Below, piece by piece: positions 1 through 12,775 of a stretch of 64,000 bases of DNA (positions within the stretch are counted from its first letter, which is position 1; each line of letters begins with the position of its first letter). The DNA is from Lama glama (Eukaryota): contig CM052818.1 in NCBI GenBank assembly GCA_028534125.1, positions 36,086,001 through 36,150,000 on the forward strand. Direction: 5' to 3'. The notes under the pieces are model-generated. The model saw only the letters and a list, made by a program, of their open reading frames with translations, was not told the origin of the DNA and did no database searches. A program made the translations under genes and the position numbers.

Positions 1-454
1 TTAGGTGCTGGATTTACAAAAATAAGATCCTTTCCCTCAAGAGGTTTTCTTCTAATCCTTGACAAGTGCATATATAATTTTGAATATTTGCATGTGTATT
101 CTAGAATTTTGTGTTTTTTTAAAGTTTACATTGAATCATAAACATTACCTATCTACCATAGCCTTGAAATTATTATTTGTAATGCAGAGTATTCTAAATG
201 AATACAACTTTATTTTCTTGTTCCTTCCTCTGTTGGATAAATTATTTGTATTTTTTCTGCTGTTGATGACATTGTCATATGCATCTTTCCATTCTGTTTT
301 CCTCCTTTGGATTATTTTCTTAAGATAAATTCCCATAAATGGGCCAAGTGGGTAAATTGTTTTGGTTGAATGTTGCCAAATTTAGAGGCATGTGCTTTAC
401 CTTAAACCTGTACTTCTGTGGTATTTGCCTTCTTTAAAAAATTGATGTAAATGT

Positions 455-642
455 TTAACAACAAGGTCCTACTGTATAGCACAGAGAACTATATCCAGTA
501 TCTTGTAATAAACTATAATGGAAAAGAATCTGAAAAAGAAGATATGGACATAATATAGTCTTTTATATATATAACTGAATCACTTTGCTCGATACCAGAA
601 ACTAATACAACATTGTAAATCAACTATACTTCAGTTTAAAAG
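455..642 (+). mobile_element. L1 3' UTR fragment
   Basis: aacaaggtcctactgtatagcacag...acattgtaaatcaactatacttca; near-identical layout to the L1 end at about 58780-58945. Confidence 0.8.
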
Positions 643-644
643 AA

Positions 645-1610
645 TTATGTACTTTTTTTGCACAGTTTAAAATTTATAGAAAAATTGAGCAGTTTACAGT
701 TTCCCATATACCCTTCCACCCAGTTTCCCTATTATTATTATTATTAACTGAAGTCCATGCTTTATTTACTTTTCCTTAGTTTTTACCTAATGTCCTTTTT
801 TTGTTCCAGGCTCCTATATCATAGCACATTTAATTGTCATGGCTGCTAATGAGATAGGAGGGAAGGGCGTAGGGCATAACTGTTAAAAGAATGACACAGC
901 AGGTAGCACCAAGATGAGGGAAGATTCAGCTCCCAGGAGACCCTGAGACCCAAGATGGCAGAAGATTTGACTTCCAGTAGACCTTGAGCTTCATTATGTG
1001 CTCATTGTAATACAATAGCATGCTAAATGAGATACCCACAGGCGCCATGACAGTTCTAAGGCTAACCATAAACAGTCAAAAAGTGGGTTGTGGCCCAGTT
1101 GCTGGGAATCCTAGCCCCTTCCTCAAAGTAATAGAAATAATCTTCCCACTTGTTAGCATATCAAGTTACTGAGCCCATAAAAACTAAAATTCCATACCGC
1201 ATGGGTTTTCTCTTGCCTTTTGAGATGGCCTGCACTCTGTCTATGGAGTGTGTATCTACTTATACTTTAAACACTCACCCCTATGCCTCTTGGCCTCTCT
1301 GGCCTTCTGAGATGGCCAACATTTGGTCTATGGAGTGTGCATCTCTCTGAATATATCTGCTTTTACTCAACTATGGCTCACTCCTGAATTCTTTCTTGCA
1401 CCAAACCAAGGACCCTCACTTGATGGGGCATGTCCTGCCTGGGACATGGCCATCCTCTTGTACCCCCCCCCCCTTCCTGCATCACTTAGGCTCCTCTTGG
1501 TTGTGACAGTTTCTCAGACTTTACTTATTTTTGATGACTTTGGCAGTTTTGAGGAGTATTGGTTAGGTATATTGTAGGATGCTCCCCTATTGGAATTTGA
1601 TGTTTTTGTT
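645..1610 (-). mobile_element. Old L1 (L1MC-like) 3' end, split by the LTR at 850-1484
   Basis: L1M-type motifs (ttcccatataccc...cagtttccctatt; aggctcctcttggttgtgacagtttctcagact) continue on both sides of the LTR. Confidence 0.65.
850..1484 (+). mobile_element. ERV1-class solo LTR, MER41-like
   Basis: TG...CA ends; 4-bp TSD ctaa/ctta (one mismatch); core gcatgctaaatgagatacccacaggcgccatgacagtt resembles the recalled MER41 consensus. Confidence 0.75.
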
Positions 1611-1682
1611 GTGAGACAAACAGTGATGGACCAGGCAGGCAAGTTAACCTGATGTATTTATTACAGTATAAATTTATCAGAA

Positions 1683-2855
1683 CGGACATAAATCTTAGCA
1701 ATGTTCTCCTATGGCAGTCTACCCAGGCAATAGAAATAAAAGCAAAAATAAACAAATGGGACCTAATTAAACTTACAAGCTTTTGCACAGCAAAGGAAAC
1801 CATAAGCAATACAAAACAACAACCTACAGAAAGGGAGAATATATTTGCAAATGATGCAACTGACAAAGGTTTTATTTCCAGAGTATATAAACAACTCATA
1901 TAACTTAATAACAAAAAAATAAACAACACAATCCAAAAATGGGCAGAAGACCTAAACAAACAGTTCTCCAATGTAGATATACAAATGGCCAACAAGCACA
2001 TGAAAAAATGCTCAATATCACTATCAGAGAAATGCAAATCAAACTACAGTGAGGTATCACCTCATATCAGTCAGAATGGCCATCAATAAAAAGTCCACAA
2101 ACAATAAATGCTGTAGAGGATGTGGAGAAAAGAGAACCCTCCTACACTGTTGGTGGGAATGTAGTTTGGTGCAGCCATTATGGAAAACAGTATGGACATT
2201 CCTTGAGAAAACTAAAAATAGACTTACCATATGATCCAGCAATCCCACTCCTGGGCATATATCCAGTATATCCAGAGGGAACTGTAATTCAAAAAGACAC
2301 ATGCATCCCTAACAGCACTATATACAATAGCCAAGGCATGGAAACAACCTAAATTCCATCAACAGATGACTGTATAAAGAAGCTGTGGTATATTTATACA
2401 ATGGAGTACTACTCAGCCATAAAAAGCCATTTGCAGCAACATGGGTGGACCTGGAGATCATCATTCTAAGTGAAATAAGCCAGAAAGAGAAAGAAAAATA
2501 CCATATGATAGCATTCATATGTGGAATCTAAGAAAGAGGAAGACACTAATGAACTTATCTGCGAAACAGAAACAGACTCACAGACATAGTAAACAGATTT
2601 ATGGTTACTGGGGGGAAAAGGGGTGGGAAGGGATAAATTGAGAGTTCGAGATTTTCAAATGTTAATTGCTATGTATAAAATAGATAAATAACAAGTTTCT
2701 TCTGTATAGCACAGGGAACTTTATTCAATATCTTGTAGTAACCTATAATGAAGAAGAATATGAAAATGAATTATGAATGTATATGTATGACTGAAATAGT
2801 ATACTGTACACCAGAAAGTGACATACAATAAACAATGTACTTCAATGAAAAAATT
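1683..2855 (+). mobile_element. 5'-truncated L1 (ORF2 C-terminus + 3' UTR)
   Basis: ORF2 peptides [45 protein letters not shown]; perfect 12-bp TSD aatttatcagaa (1671-1682, 2856-2867). Confidence 0.95.
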
Positions 2856-2899
2856 AATTTATCAGAATAAGTAGGTTTCTTATATATCAAAAATATATA

Positions 2900-3017
2900 A
2901 ATACACACACACATTCTTTTTGAGACTCTTTTTCCATTATAGATTATTACAAGATACTAAATACGGTTCCATGTGCTATACAGTAGGTCCTTGTTTATTT
3001 TGTATATGGTATTGTAT
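2900..3017 (-). mobile_element. L1 3' UTR fragment
   Basis: Contains tgtgctatacagtaggtccttgttta, the reverse complement of the L1 3' motif seen elsewhere in the window. Confidence 0.7.
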
Positions 3018-3026
3018 AAGAGATGC

Positions 3027-3131
3027 TTTTTTTGGGCGGGGGGGGTAATTGGGTTCATTTATTTATTTATTTTAATGGAGGTACTAGGGATTGAACCTAG
3101 AACACACTACCACTGTGCTAACCCCCCCCCC
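3027..3131 (-). mobile_element. tRNA-Ala-derived SINE (Vic-1-like), internally deleted
   Basis: ggaggtactagggattgaacc B-box complement; anticodon-arm segment missing; TSD aagagatgc/aagagatac. Confidence 0.8.
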
Positions 3132-3249
3132 AAGAGATACATTTTAAATCAGTTAGGAAAAGCTAAATTTCATAAATGGTCTCAGAAAAAAATGCTTGAC
3201 ATTGTAAGTGGTGATGGTGGTGAAAGAGTGGTGAAAACAATTTAGACTC

Positions 3250-3800
3250 ATATTGTTAGTGGATAGAGAGACCCCTAAATTAGGGGGCCCACAAAAGTGT
3301 GAATATTTGCTGCCAGCTGTGAAGAAGAGGCAGAGGGACAAAATGAATGGCTACTTTACTGCTCAGAAGGAAAAAAGGAAAGAAAGGCTCTTGAGTAGGA
3401 AACTGTCAGCCAAGATGGCCAATAGAGACAGCTCCAGCTGTGGCTCAGGCCATGTGGACTTTTATGGGAGGCATTTACCATCATGTCTTCCTTCCTGGTG
3501 TGATGGAGCCAATCACCTTGTCTTCCACCGTTGTATGGACTCTTCAGGTTGTTGTCATGGCAGTTGTCAACTGTCAAGGCACTGGTGGGTGTGTCATTTA
3601 GCATGGTAATACACTATAATGAGCATATAAGAAGGCTCAAGGTCCACTGGAAGCCAGATCCTCCACCATCTTGGGCTTCACAGGTTTTAACCAGTTCTTG
3701 TTTTTTTGTTTGCAGCTTCCTCCTGAGACTTAGATAAGAGTAACTAGTTTCTATTTGAAGGAGGAGCAAGGGTATGAACCTGGGACAACAGCCTTAGTAA
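3250..3800 (-). mobile_element. Second MER41-like LTR (boundaries approximate)
   Basis: Reverse complement of about 3570-3672 aligns by eye with 950-1055 of the first LTR. Confidence 0.65.
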
Positions 3801-3879
3801 CAAAAGGAAGGTTGCTTTTAATCAAAATGCCAGCAATCTGGTGGACACAGTGTCCCCCCCCCCCAAAAATATTCTGCTC

Positions 3880-4180
3880 AGCCATAAACGAGAGTTAGGG
3901 CTTGGGGAAGAGGGGCTTAGTTCCTGCAGAAGAATTTAAAGATGTTGTTATGTTTATTCCTTGAAGAGGAACTAGGACCCTGCCCCAAGGCTGCACCATT
4001 GTTTCTTGACTGCTCCTCCCTTGTTTCTGCACTCCCTCCCTTCCCAGATTAACAACTATTTAAATCTGCCCTTTGAAATTCAGGGAAGGTCAAGGAGGCT
4101 AAATGAAGCCTGTTTCTTACAAACAAGAAATGCAGGAAAGATTCTTACCAGGGAGGACTCCACAGGGTCCTCAATATCTA
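3880..4180 (-). mobile_element. ERV1-class LTR fragment
   Basis: gactgctcctcccttgtttctgcactccctcccttccc...ctgccctttgaaattcagggaaggtc resembles recalled laurasiatherian ERV1 LTRs. Confidence 0.55.
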
Positions 4181-4759
4181 TCTTCCCACCCTGAAATAAA
4201 AATCCAGATAGATCAAATACATACTTTTTTAAAATATAGATACTAGAAAAAAATATAGGGCAGTTTTATGATATGAGACTGGCCTTTCTTAGCATGCTAG
4301 CATACTCAGTAGTCGTAAAGGAAAAGACTGACAAATTTTGGCATAAAACTAAAGAAGTTGATGTAACGACAAGCTGGATAAAAAAGTATTTACAACATAC
4401 GTAAATCTGGGAGATTAAAAGTGGAGTGTGAAGTAGTCATCTGGGAGACTGGGAAAGCAAATGGACTAGGGAAATGTGGACTTGTCAGGCAGGACAAAGG
4501 CCCACTTGAGTTAGTGGTCAGGAATTTAAAGTGAGACCAGCCAGCACCTTCATTTATGTAGTGATGGAATAACTAGAGAGTTGGATTTAGAAAAAACTGG
4601 GGTTGCTAGATGTATAGTATATGTAGGAAGAGAGAAGAGTGAAGTTGAGGATGTATACAATGAACTGCTTATAATGGTGGATTGTAATATTTAATTTGGT
4701 TTAGGAGGGATATTAGGGCATAAGGAAGGGGATGTGAGGATGTAAGAAAAAATGAGGGA

Positions 4760-5036
4760 GGGGGGAAGGGACAGACTGGGAGTTCGAAATTTGTAGATAC
4801 TGACAGATGTATATAGAATAGATAAACAAGTTTATACTGTATAGCACAGGGAAGTATATACAAGATGTTGTGGTAGCTCATGGTGAAGAAGAATGTGACA
4901 GTGAATATATGTATGTTCATGTATGACTGAAAAATTGTGCTCTATATTGGAAATTGAACACAACATTGTAAACTGACTATAGCTCAATAAAATAAAATAA
5001 AATAAAAACACTTCTTAAAATATTTTATAAAAAAGG
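4760..5036 (+). mobile_element. Young L1 3' end inserted into L2-like sequence
   Basis: 12-bp TSD aaaaatgaggga (4748-4759, 5037-5048); AATAAA and A-rich tail; same family as 47861-48127 and 48831-49026. Confidence 0.9.
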
Positions 5037-6389
5037 AAAAATGAGGGACAGTGAAGAGACCAATAGTTCGTAGGTCCAGGTAGAGTTAAAGAATTGTTGG
5101 GATCAGGAAACTGGAGAGACCAGGCTATTGAGATAGGTGGTGGTGAAAGGGGCATGCAAGACCTGAATTGGATTACTGAAGAGCATAGTTTTTGGTAATA
5201 ATAAGGCCTAGGGTGTGGCCTGGGAGTGGATAGTTAAGATGGATGATAAGATTTTTGGAATACAGGAGATCAAAGACCTAGAGGCCAGGATATGGGCAGG
5301 ATCATCTATGTGGTTATTGAAATACCGAAGATTGTGGCAATAATGTTGGAGAGTAAATAGTGAAGTGTTAATGCAGTCACGGAATTACTCTGGTGATTGT
5401 AGGGGACAGCAGTGAAGGAGGAGAGCCAGTGGTCCAGTCAGATGCATGAAGATCAAAGGTAGTTTTCTTTTTCAACTTTTATTATGAAAATTGTCAAAGA
5501 TATACAAAAGTTGGAAATACAGTGATCACGTATTTTCTATTTGCCTTCATTTATTAATCTACTTTTTAATTAAATGTATTTTGTATTTTTGTGGAGGCTT
5601 TAATTCTTTTCGGAATAAGGCAGGCTATAAATAAGCACAAATTCCTTTCCAGAAAGGTCGTGCTGATACACACGTACACTGGCTAAGTATTGATACAATA
5701 CTTATTTTTACAGCTACTGTTATTGTTCCTTGCCTTACTAGCTCTTCACTATTTCATGTGAATAAGCAGCCACCTATTTTCTTAGACCACACTCTTCCCT
5801 CTGCTTTTGCATTGTGCTGTTACCTCTACCTTGAATGTTTTTCCCACATCCATAAATTTAACAAATGTTTCGATGTGTAAGGTATAAGCTAATTTGAACA
5901 CAAGCTGAAATGCACATGTCTGGTTGATTCATGGGAACTGATTTTCATGTGTCCTCTTTTTTGGCTTGTACAGAGGAGAAATTTGTGTATAGGCACTTGA
6001 GGGCCTGGGATATCAAAGAATCTGTTTTCAGCCTGACCCTTTGGGCTGTCATTTGAGCCGAAAGGAAAGAGAGAGAGAAGGGTTACAAAGAAAAGCTGTA
6101 CTTTCTCATTTTCTCAAGTCCATTTTCCTCTGCTTTAGGATATCTTTATTCATCCTTACCACTTTTTCTCTTTTATTCTGTCCCATGCTCTAACTTTATA
6201 CCCTTGAGCTGTCAACTTCCATTTCATTAGGTAACTTCTTTTCCTTTTCCTTTTTTGAGGGAAATTATCTCTCTCCCTCTTCCTCTAAAAATAGTTTTAT
6301 TCTCCATCTAAAAAGTAAGCCTTATAACCTTGCCTCTTCCCTAAAGCTTCTTATCTCTTCTCCTACCCTTTCTTCTTCCCTTAACAACA

Positions 6390-7290
6390 TACTTCTTGGG
6401 TCACTTACACTGTACCTCCTATTTACTGCCTAATCTACTTCAACATGACTTTTACAGCCAGTTCACCGTACTGGAACTGCGCTCACAACAGATTGCCAGA
6501 ACTAATGGCTTAGTCTTGATTTCTGTGACATTTGGCATTTATGACCATCATCTCCTTGAGTCTCTTAACTCTATATCAGGATTTCTCTCCTTTTTCTCAG
6601 CCTCTGTTCTGATTATTCTTCTCCTGTTTCCTATACATGCTTTTCCTGGATAATACCATTCACTGACATGTTTACAGCTCTTCCCAATCCCTAATGACTA
6701 CCAAATACGGATCTCTAGCTTGAGTAGAATTCTTACAATTTCTTGGATGTCTCCATCTAGATGTCTTTGTAAGTATATCAGATTAGGTGTGCTCAAAATT
6801 GACCATTTTGTTGCTCACTCCCCAAATCTAATATTCCAAATCCTTACTTTCTTAGAGCTTCTGTTGGTTAATATTATCACTCTGTAGTCACTGAGGTTAG
6901 AAACTCATCTGTGTTGCTATTCTTTCATCATCCACATTTAGCTGATCAGAAAATCCTGCTCATTCTGCCTCTGAAAAGCCTCTTTCCACTTCCTAACTTC
7001 AGATTCTCACCACCTGGATTATGCCAGTCATTTCATAACTGGTGACTCTGTCTCAAGACGCTTAAGTCCAGTTCAGTTCCTGTACTGTTTGTCACAATTC
7101 TTTCTGTCTGCCCTTAAAAGACCAGGTTCTTGCCTTTTTCGTATATATGCTTTCCCTGGATAATGGCATTCTTTGACATGATGATGACCATTCCCAATTC
7201 CTGATGACTACCAAATCTGGGTCTCTAGCTCAGATATATGCTGTGTTTTAAATACTGACTCTCTATGACTTGCATAATAAAGTTCAAAAT
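6390..7290 (+). mobile_element. L2 fragments
   Basis: Pyrimidine-rich L2 motifs (gactaccaaat...tctctagct; tggatgtctccatctagatgtct; ttctcaccacctggattatg). Confidence 0.6.
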
Positions 7291-8533
7291 CAATAGCATG
7301 ACATACTTTATTCTTTAAATTGGATCACCTTGGCAGGTTACTTCATTTCTTTGGCTGCTCTTTAATTGTTTCTAAATGAAGGGGATGAATTTCAGTATGT
7401 GTTTAACTCTTCAAAAAATCTTCAGATAAAATACAGAGAAGCCTCAATATGTAAAACACAAAAACAGAGCTACTTTCATTGAAATTGATATCCTCTCCCA
7501 ACCTCACCTCTTCCCTAACCCACTTGTGTTGTATCTCCTTAAAGTTTCTAGAACTTGTGTAGGGAGCACAATTGGAAACAACTGCGTTTCTTAAGGTCTC
7601 TTTTAACACTTAAGAATGAGTTCTCTGAAATCACATCACTCTCAAATCACACAGTATTTGAGTAGGCATGGCTCTACTGGTATACTGGCTGTGTACATTC
7701 TTTCTTGTAACCAGTCATGCCCTTAGATTCAGATATTTTTTCTTGTTTTGTTACAGGGCCTATCCATACACCCATACAATGTCTTTTACTTTAAGGACAT
7801 GAGAAGCCCACTTACTTTGACAGTGACCTCTTGTTAGATCATTCTTACACAAATATTTTCTCCTGTGTGATATGTACTATACTTTGATTTAACTCTCATG
7901 TAGTGTTAGTTTTATCCTCTGGGTTTTCATAACATTCTTCATACCCTTTTATTTTAGTGACTAGTCATGTTTGATGAGTAAATACTTGGATGAAAGAAAG
8001 AAAGAATGAATAGATATGTGGAGAACAGGTTTGGAGAATATATGTACTCTGTAAGTTTCATCTTACTTCAGTAACTAAAGAAGTAAGTATTTTGCTCCAG
8101 TTATTCTTTCGTGGAACTGACCTTGATTTCCTTGGGAATCGGATGGGGAACATTTTTCCCAACTAATCATCAGGTTTGAAGAGTTGGCTCTTGTGTATGT
8201 AGCATGCGAAGTGGAGGAGGCACTGGAGAAAGTTTTATAAGATATGCTTCCAGGAACTTGATTATCTTGCTTTTGCATGTCAGACCTTCAGTCAAATCTA
8301 TTTACACTACTCAACATTTAACTAACATTATTCAAAGTATAATTGAAAAGCCCAAGCCTTTCTCCCAGCCCATACAAAAGCCTTCAGAATTCAATGGTAA
8401 ATAAACCTTTATCTCTAAAATGTACTTAAAAAAAAAAAAAGTTGCAAAAGGGCCATGTTGCAAGGGACAATTTAAAATCCACAGCTCTGATGCCTGTAGG
8501 TTTTAAGAAAGTAGTTTGGAGCCTGCTCTGCTT

Positions 8534-8703
8534 GCTTGCTTGCTTGCTTTTTTTTAAAAAAATTATTATTTTTTTAAAATAGGGAGGTAGTTAGGTTTAT
8601 TTATTTATTACTATTACTTTTTATTTAACGGAGTTATTGGGGATTGAACCCATGACCTCGTGCATGCTAAGCCTGTGCTCTACCACTGAGCTATACTCCC
8701 CAC
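8534..8703 (-). mobile_element. tRNA-Ala-derived SINE (Vic-1-like)
   Basis: Reverse complement of gtatagctcagtggtagagcacaggcttagcatgcacgaggtcatgggttcaatcccc; 12-bp TSD cctgctctgctt (8522-8533, 8704-8715); (GCTT)n at the tail. Confidence 0.92.
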
Positions 8704-8829
8704 CCTGCTCTGCTTTCTTACCGGTTTCTTAGTTTCTTTTCTATATGCATATTCGGTTCAGCATTACCTTTCTTCATGCCTCCCCTGCTTACTTTTCTTT
8801 TTTCTTGTGTCTCAACCGTCTTATTCATG

Positions 8830-9410
8830 TACCCAGTTCATTTATTTGTTCAGCAAATATTTATTGAGCATTTTCTCTGGGAGATCTGGTTTAGCCACTA
8901 GGCATAGAGGTAAATAAAAATGATCTCTGTCCAGAATAAGTGAGGCAGGCAAACATGGGAAATTGAGATACAATATGATAAGTGAAGTTATTGTGGGATG
9001 AACAAGTATTATGGACATACCTAGGAGATAGTGACTAATTATTTGAGAGGACAGAAGTCTTCCAAGGAAGAGGTGATGTTTGGGAGTTGAAGAACGAGGA
9101 GAAAGTGTGGTGAATGTTACAGAGGGAACAGAGGAATAGGAGTGAAAAAAGCATCTGTTTGGAGAAAAGTTTGCTGTACTTAGGACATCTGAATCTAGGG
9201 AAGTGTCTAGAGGTGAATGTGGTAAAGTAGATTGGGGTGGGATTCTGAAGGGTACCGTATTTCTTATGAAGAATTTTGGGCTTTAACTTGTAACTATGTG
9301 AGGGAATTTAAGCAGAGGGGGCACTGGTGGGTGTTATGGAAAAAACTAGTTACTCTGTGGAAAGATCTCAAGATAGATAGACCATTTAGGAGGTTCATAC
9401 CCTAATTCAC
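8830..9410 (-). mobile_element. L2 3' portion
   Basis: ttcatttatttgttcagcaaatatttattgagc terminus followed by a purine-rich L2 body. Confidence 0.65.
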
Positions 9411-11934
9411 ATAACGACTGAGTCACAATCTCCTGGTGATGGGCCTGGGAATCTGTAGAACTAGAAAATGTCCCAGGTAATATAATCAGGCAAGTTGGGA
9501 AATTAAAAAACATAGCATTGGATGTAAGAAATTTGGTTTCTAGGACCAGTTTTGCTACTGACTAGCAATGTGAGCTCATAGAAATCTCTTATTTTCCCAT
9601 CTTGAAAATTGAGGATTTTAGACTAAATAATTACTCTGATTGTTTGCTTGTATAATTCTGTACTTCTAAACAAGTCCAACTTAATTGAACTACTTTTTAC
9701 TTATAATGGCTACTTTTTTTTTCTTTCTGGGTCTTACTGACTCTTCTGTGGAAGGATTTCCTACACCTGTTCAAGCATTTCTACTTTTCTCTGCCTTAGT
9801 ATGAATGTATCTCCCACATTCTCCAAAATGCACTTGGATTATATTAAATCAAAGCAATCTTCTTTGCCTTAAGCCTGCTATCTACTACATATATTTTCTT
9901 GGTTTCTAAAAAGATGAAAATGCCAGTTCTCCACTTACTTATAATGAGCAGGAAACTCTCCACATAAATATTCTAAAACTATTGATAACTAATACAGTGT
10001 TCAAATTATGTGATAACTACAAACTGCCAATATTGCCCATCATTACACATTACCCCCTTTAAGGAGTAGAGAGAGGTGTTTATCGGATGCTGACTTCAGT
10101 CACACGTGCCTGAGATAGGCATCAGGCATGTAACCAGGGTGATGCTGATTACCCTTTTCTTCCCCTCAAAGGGTCATACCAAGAGGTAAGGTATAATTAG
10201 CACTTCCTAATTTATGAATGTGATTGATGTAGACCTATGTGTTGGAGGGCGTCTCTGGCTTGTTTTTTTTTCTCCCTTATAAATGTACCAACATTAAGTT
10301 GACTGCTGCTTGCAGGAACATGTGACCTACTCAGCATTGATTATTATCCCCATTTAAGAAAGAAAGAGGCAGATAAAGCCCATGGGAAGTTCATGGACTT
10401 TAGAATTAGACAGGTATGGGATTACATCCTGACTTTATCACTTATTGAATTTCAGCAGGTAATTTAACCTTACAGTTTCTTATTTTGTGAAATCTTCTGC
10501 CCTGCAGGGATACTGAGAGGATTATTTGTATTATCAAAGGTACCTACCTGTATCTGGCACCAAGTGGACTAGTCTACAAGTTCCTATCTGTGAAGCTCCT
10601 TGTATAGAACCTGGAACATTTTAGATTCTCAGTGAATACTAAGTATGACAGATAGATGATAATAAAATACATTAACAATAAGCACTTAGTAAATGATTAC
10701 TGTTATTATTACATAAAGTACAATTGTTGATTTTTTCAAAAATGTCAAATGTATCTTGCATTTTTCAAAATTTCAGTTATTATTTCTCTAAGTATAGATT
10801 AATAGAATTGTTTTTGTTTGTTTGTTTTTTGTGTTTTGTTTTTAGAGTAGTAGAATTGTTAAGCAAGAGGTAATTCTACAACAGGCCAGAGAGAATTGAT
10901 ATAAATGTAATGGATATGAAATGGCACGCTATACAGGCCTATTGATTACAATAAATTATGCCACCATATTTAGATGTTACCACAGTCAATCGCATGTTAC
11001 ATACATACATGTTGTACTGTGGTTCCTGCATGCATGGGTAGCTATATCCCCTGTACCTGGTGAGGAGTGTTCTGTAATACCAGTGCCTTCAGCTTCCCTG
11101 AGGGGATTTTCCCTCCCTGACTCTTATATTATGTGATTGATTTTTTGGTTTTATTCCAGGATTATACGTGTAATTATTGAGCATCTGTTATGTGGCATTC
11201 TGTTGTATTCACAGAATATGTGATGACTAGCCAGAGGTCCTAGATAGACCTAGATCTAACTGATGAAGGCTTTGTGACTGTGGGATCCTGTTCCTTATTT
11301 GTCTGTTGTAAGTTCTTGCTTTTTCTTCAAACTCTCTTTAGTAATGCACATGCTTTTATGCAGCTTTAAAATGCAACGTAGGTAATGCTTTTAGAGGATT
11401 TTTCCCACATTTAAAAATTCTCTTACAGAGACCTAGTAAAATAGGGGCCCTTGCTACTACATGTCTGTAAGTAAATAGTTTCTTTGCAGGAATTTGGCAG
11501 ATTTTGGTTTAACATTAGTTACGATAATTTAAAATTGGGGAAGTAAAAGAGTTGTACTTATTTGTAGAATTTCTGTATTTGAGGAAGTTGCAGTCAAAAC
11601 CTGATAGATGAGACTTCTGTGTTCACTGTTTTTAGCTGATGACACTACACCTTACTCAGTCTCGTAAACTGTAATTCTGGGAGTCATCTCTTTGATTCTT
11701 TTTGCTCCGTGATCCCTTATGTCTAAAGAGTCCCTGAGTTCTACCTGCTTTAAACTCTTCATTGTTTCTCCAGTTCATCCCCTGTCTTCCGTTCCTGCTG
11801 CCATTGTTCTAGATCAGGTGCCAGATATTCTCAGCTGTTCCCTAACTGATCTTCCTGCTGCAGGCCTTTTCTTCACAGCTGATTGTCTGAAGTAAAATCT
11901 GACTGTGTCCCTCTTTAAATCCCTTTATCATAAT

Positions 11935-12775
11935 GGACTTGAAATTTTGTCAGATGCTTTTTCTGTATCTATTGAGATGATCACGTGGTTTTTGTCTTGT
12001 CCCTTGTTGATGTGGTGTATCATATTAGTTGATTTGCATATGTTGAATCATCCTTGTGACCTAGGTATGAATCCAGTGTGACCTTTTTTATGTGTTTGTT
12101 GGATTTGATTTGCTAATATTTTGTTGAGAATTTTTGCATCTATATTCATCAAAGATACTGGCCTGTAGTTTTCTTTTTCGGTAGTGTCTTTGTCTGGTTT
12201 TGGTTTCAGGGTGATGGTGGCTTGGTGAAGTTATTCTTTGTATGGTCGGTAGAGTTCCTGAGTGAAGCCATCCCGAACTGGACTTCTGTTTACAGGGTGT
12301 TTTTGTAAATTACAGATTCTATTTCATTTCTAGTGATTAGTCTATTCAGATTATCTATTTGTTCTTGATTCAGTTTTGGTAGACTCTATATTTCTAGAAA
12401 CTTGTCTATTTCTTCTAGGTTGTCCAATTTGTTGGCATATAATTGTTCATAGTATTCTCTTATGGTTTTTTGTATATCTGTGGTATCAGTTATTATTTCT
12501 CCCCTTTCATTTCTTATTTTGTTTCTTTGAGTCCTCTCTTGTTTCTTCTTGGTGAGCCTGGCCAGAGGTTTGTTAATTTTGTTTACTCTTTCAAAAAACC
12601 AGCTCTTGGTTTTATTGATTTTTTTCTTGTTGTTTTTAAATCTCTATTGTATTTATTTCCTCTCTGATCTTTATTATTTCTTTCCTTCTGCTGACTTTAG
12701 GTTTGCTTGTTCTTTTTCTAATTCCTTTAGGTAGTAGGCTAGGTTGTTTCAGATTTTTCTTGTTTTTTGAGGAAC
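11935..12775 (-). mobile_element. L1 ORF2 internal fragment
   Basis: Minus-strand peptide PKVSRRKEIIKIREEIN plus RT-proximal motif tcatctcaatagatacagaaaaagcatctgacaaaat. Confidence 0.9.
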
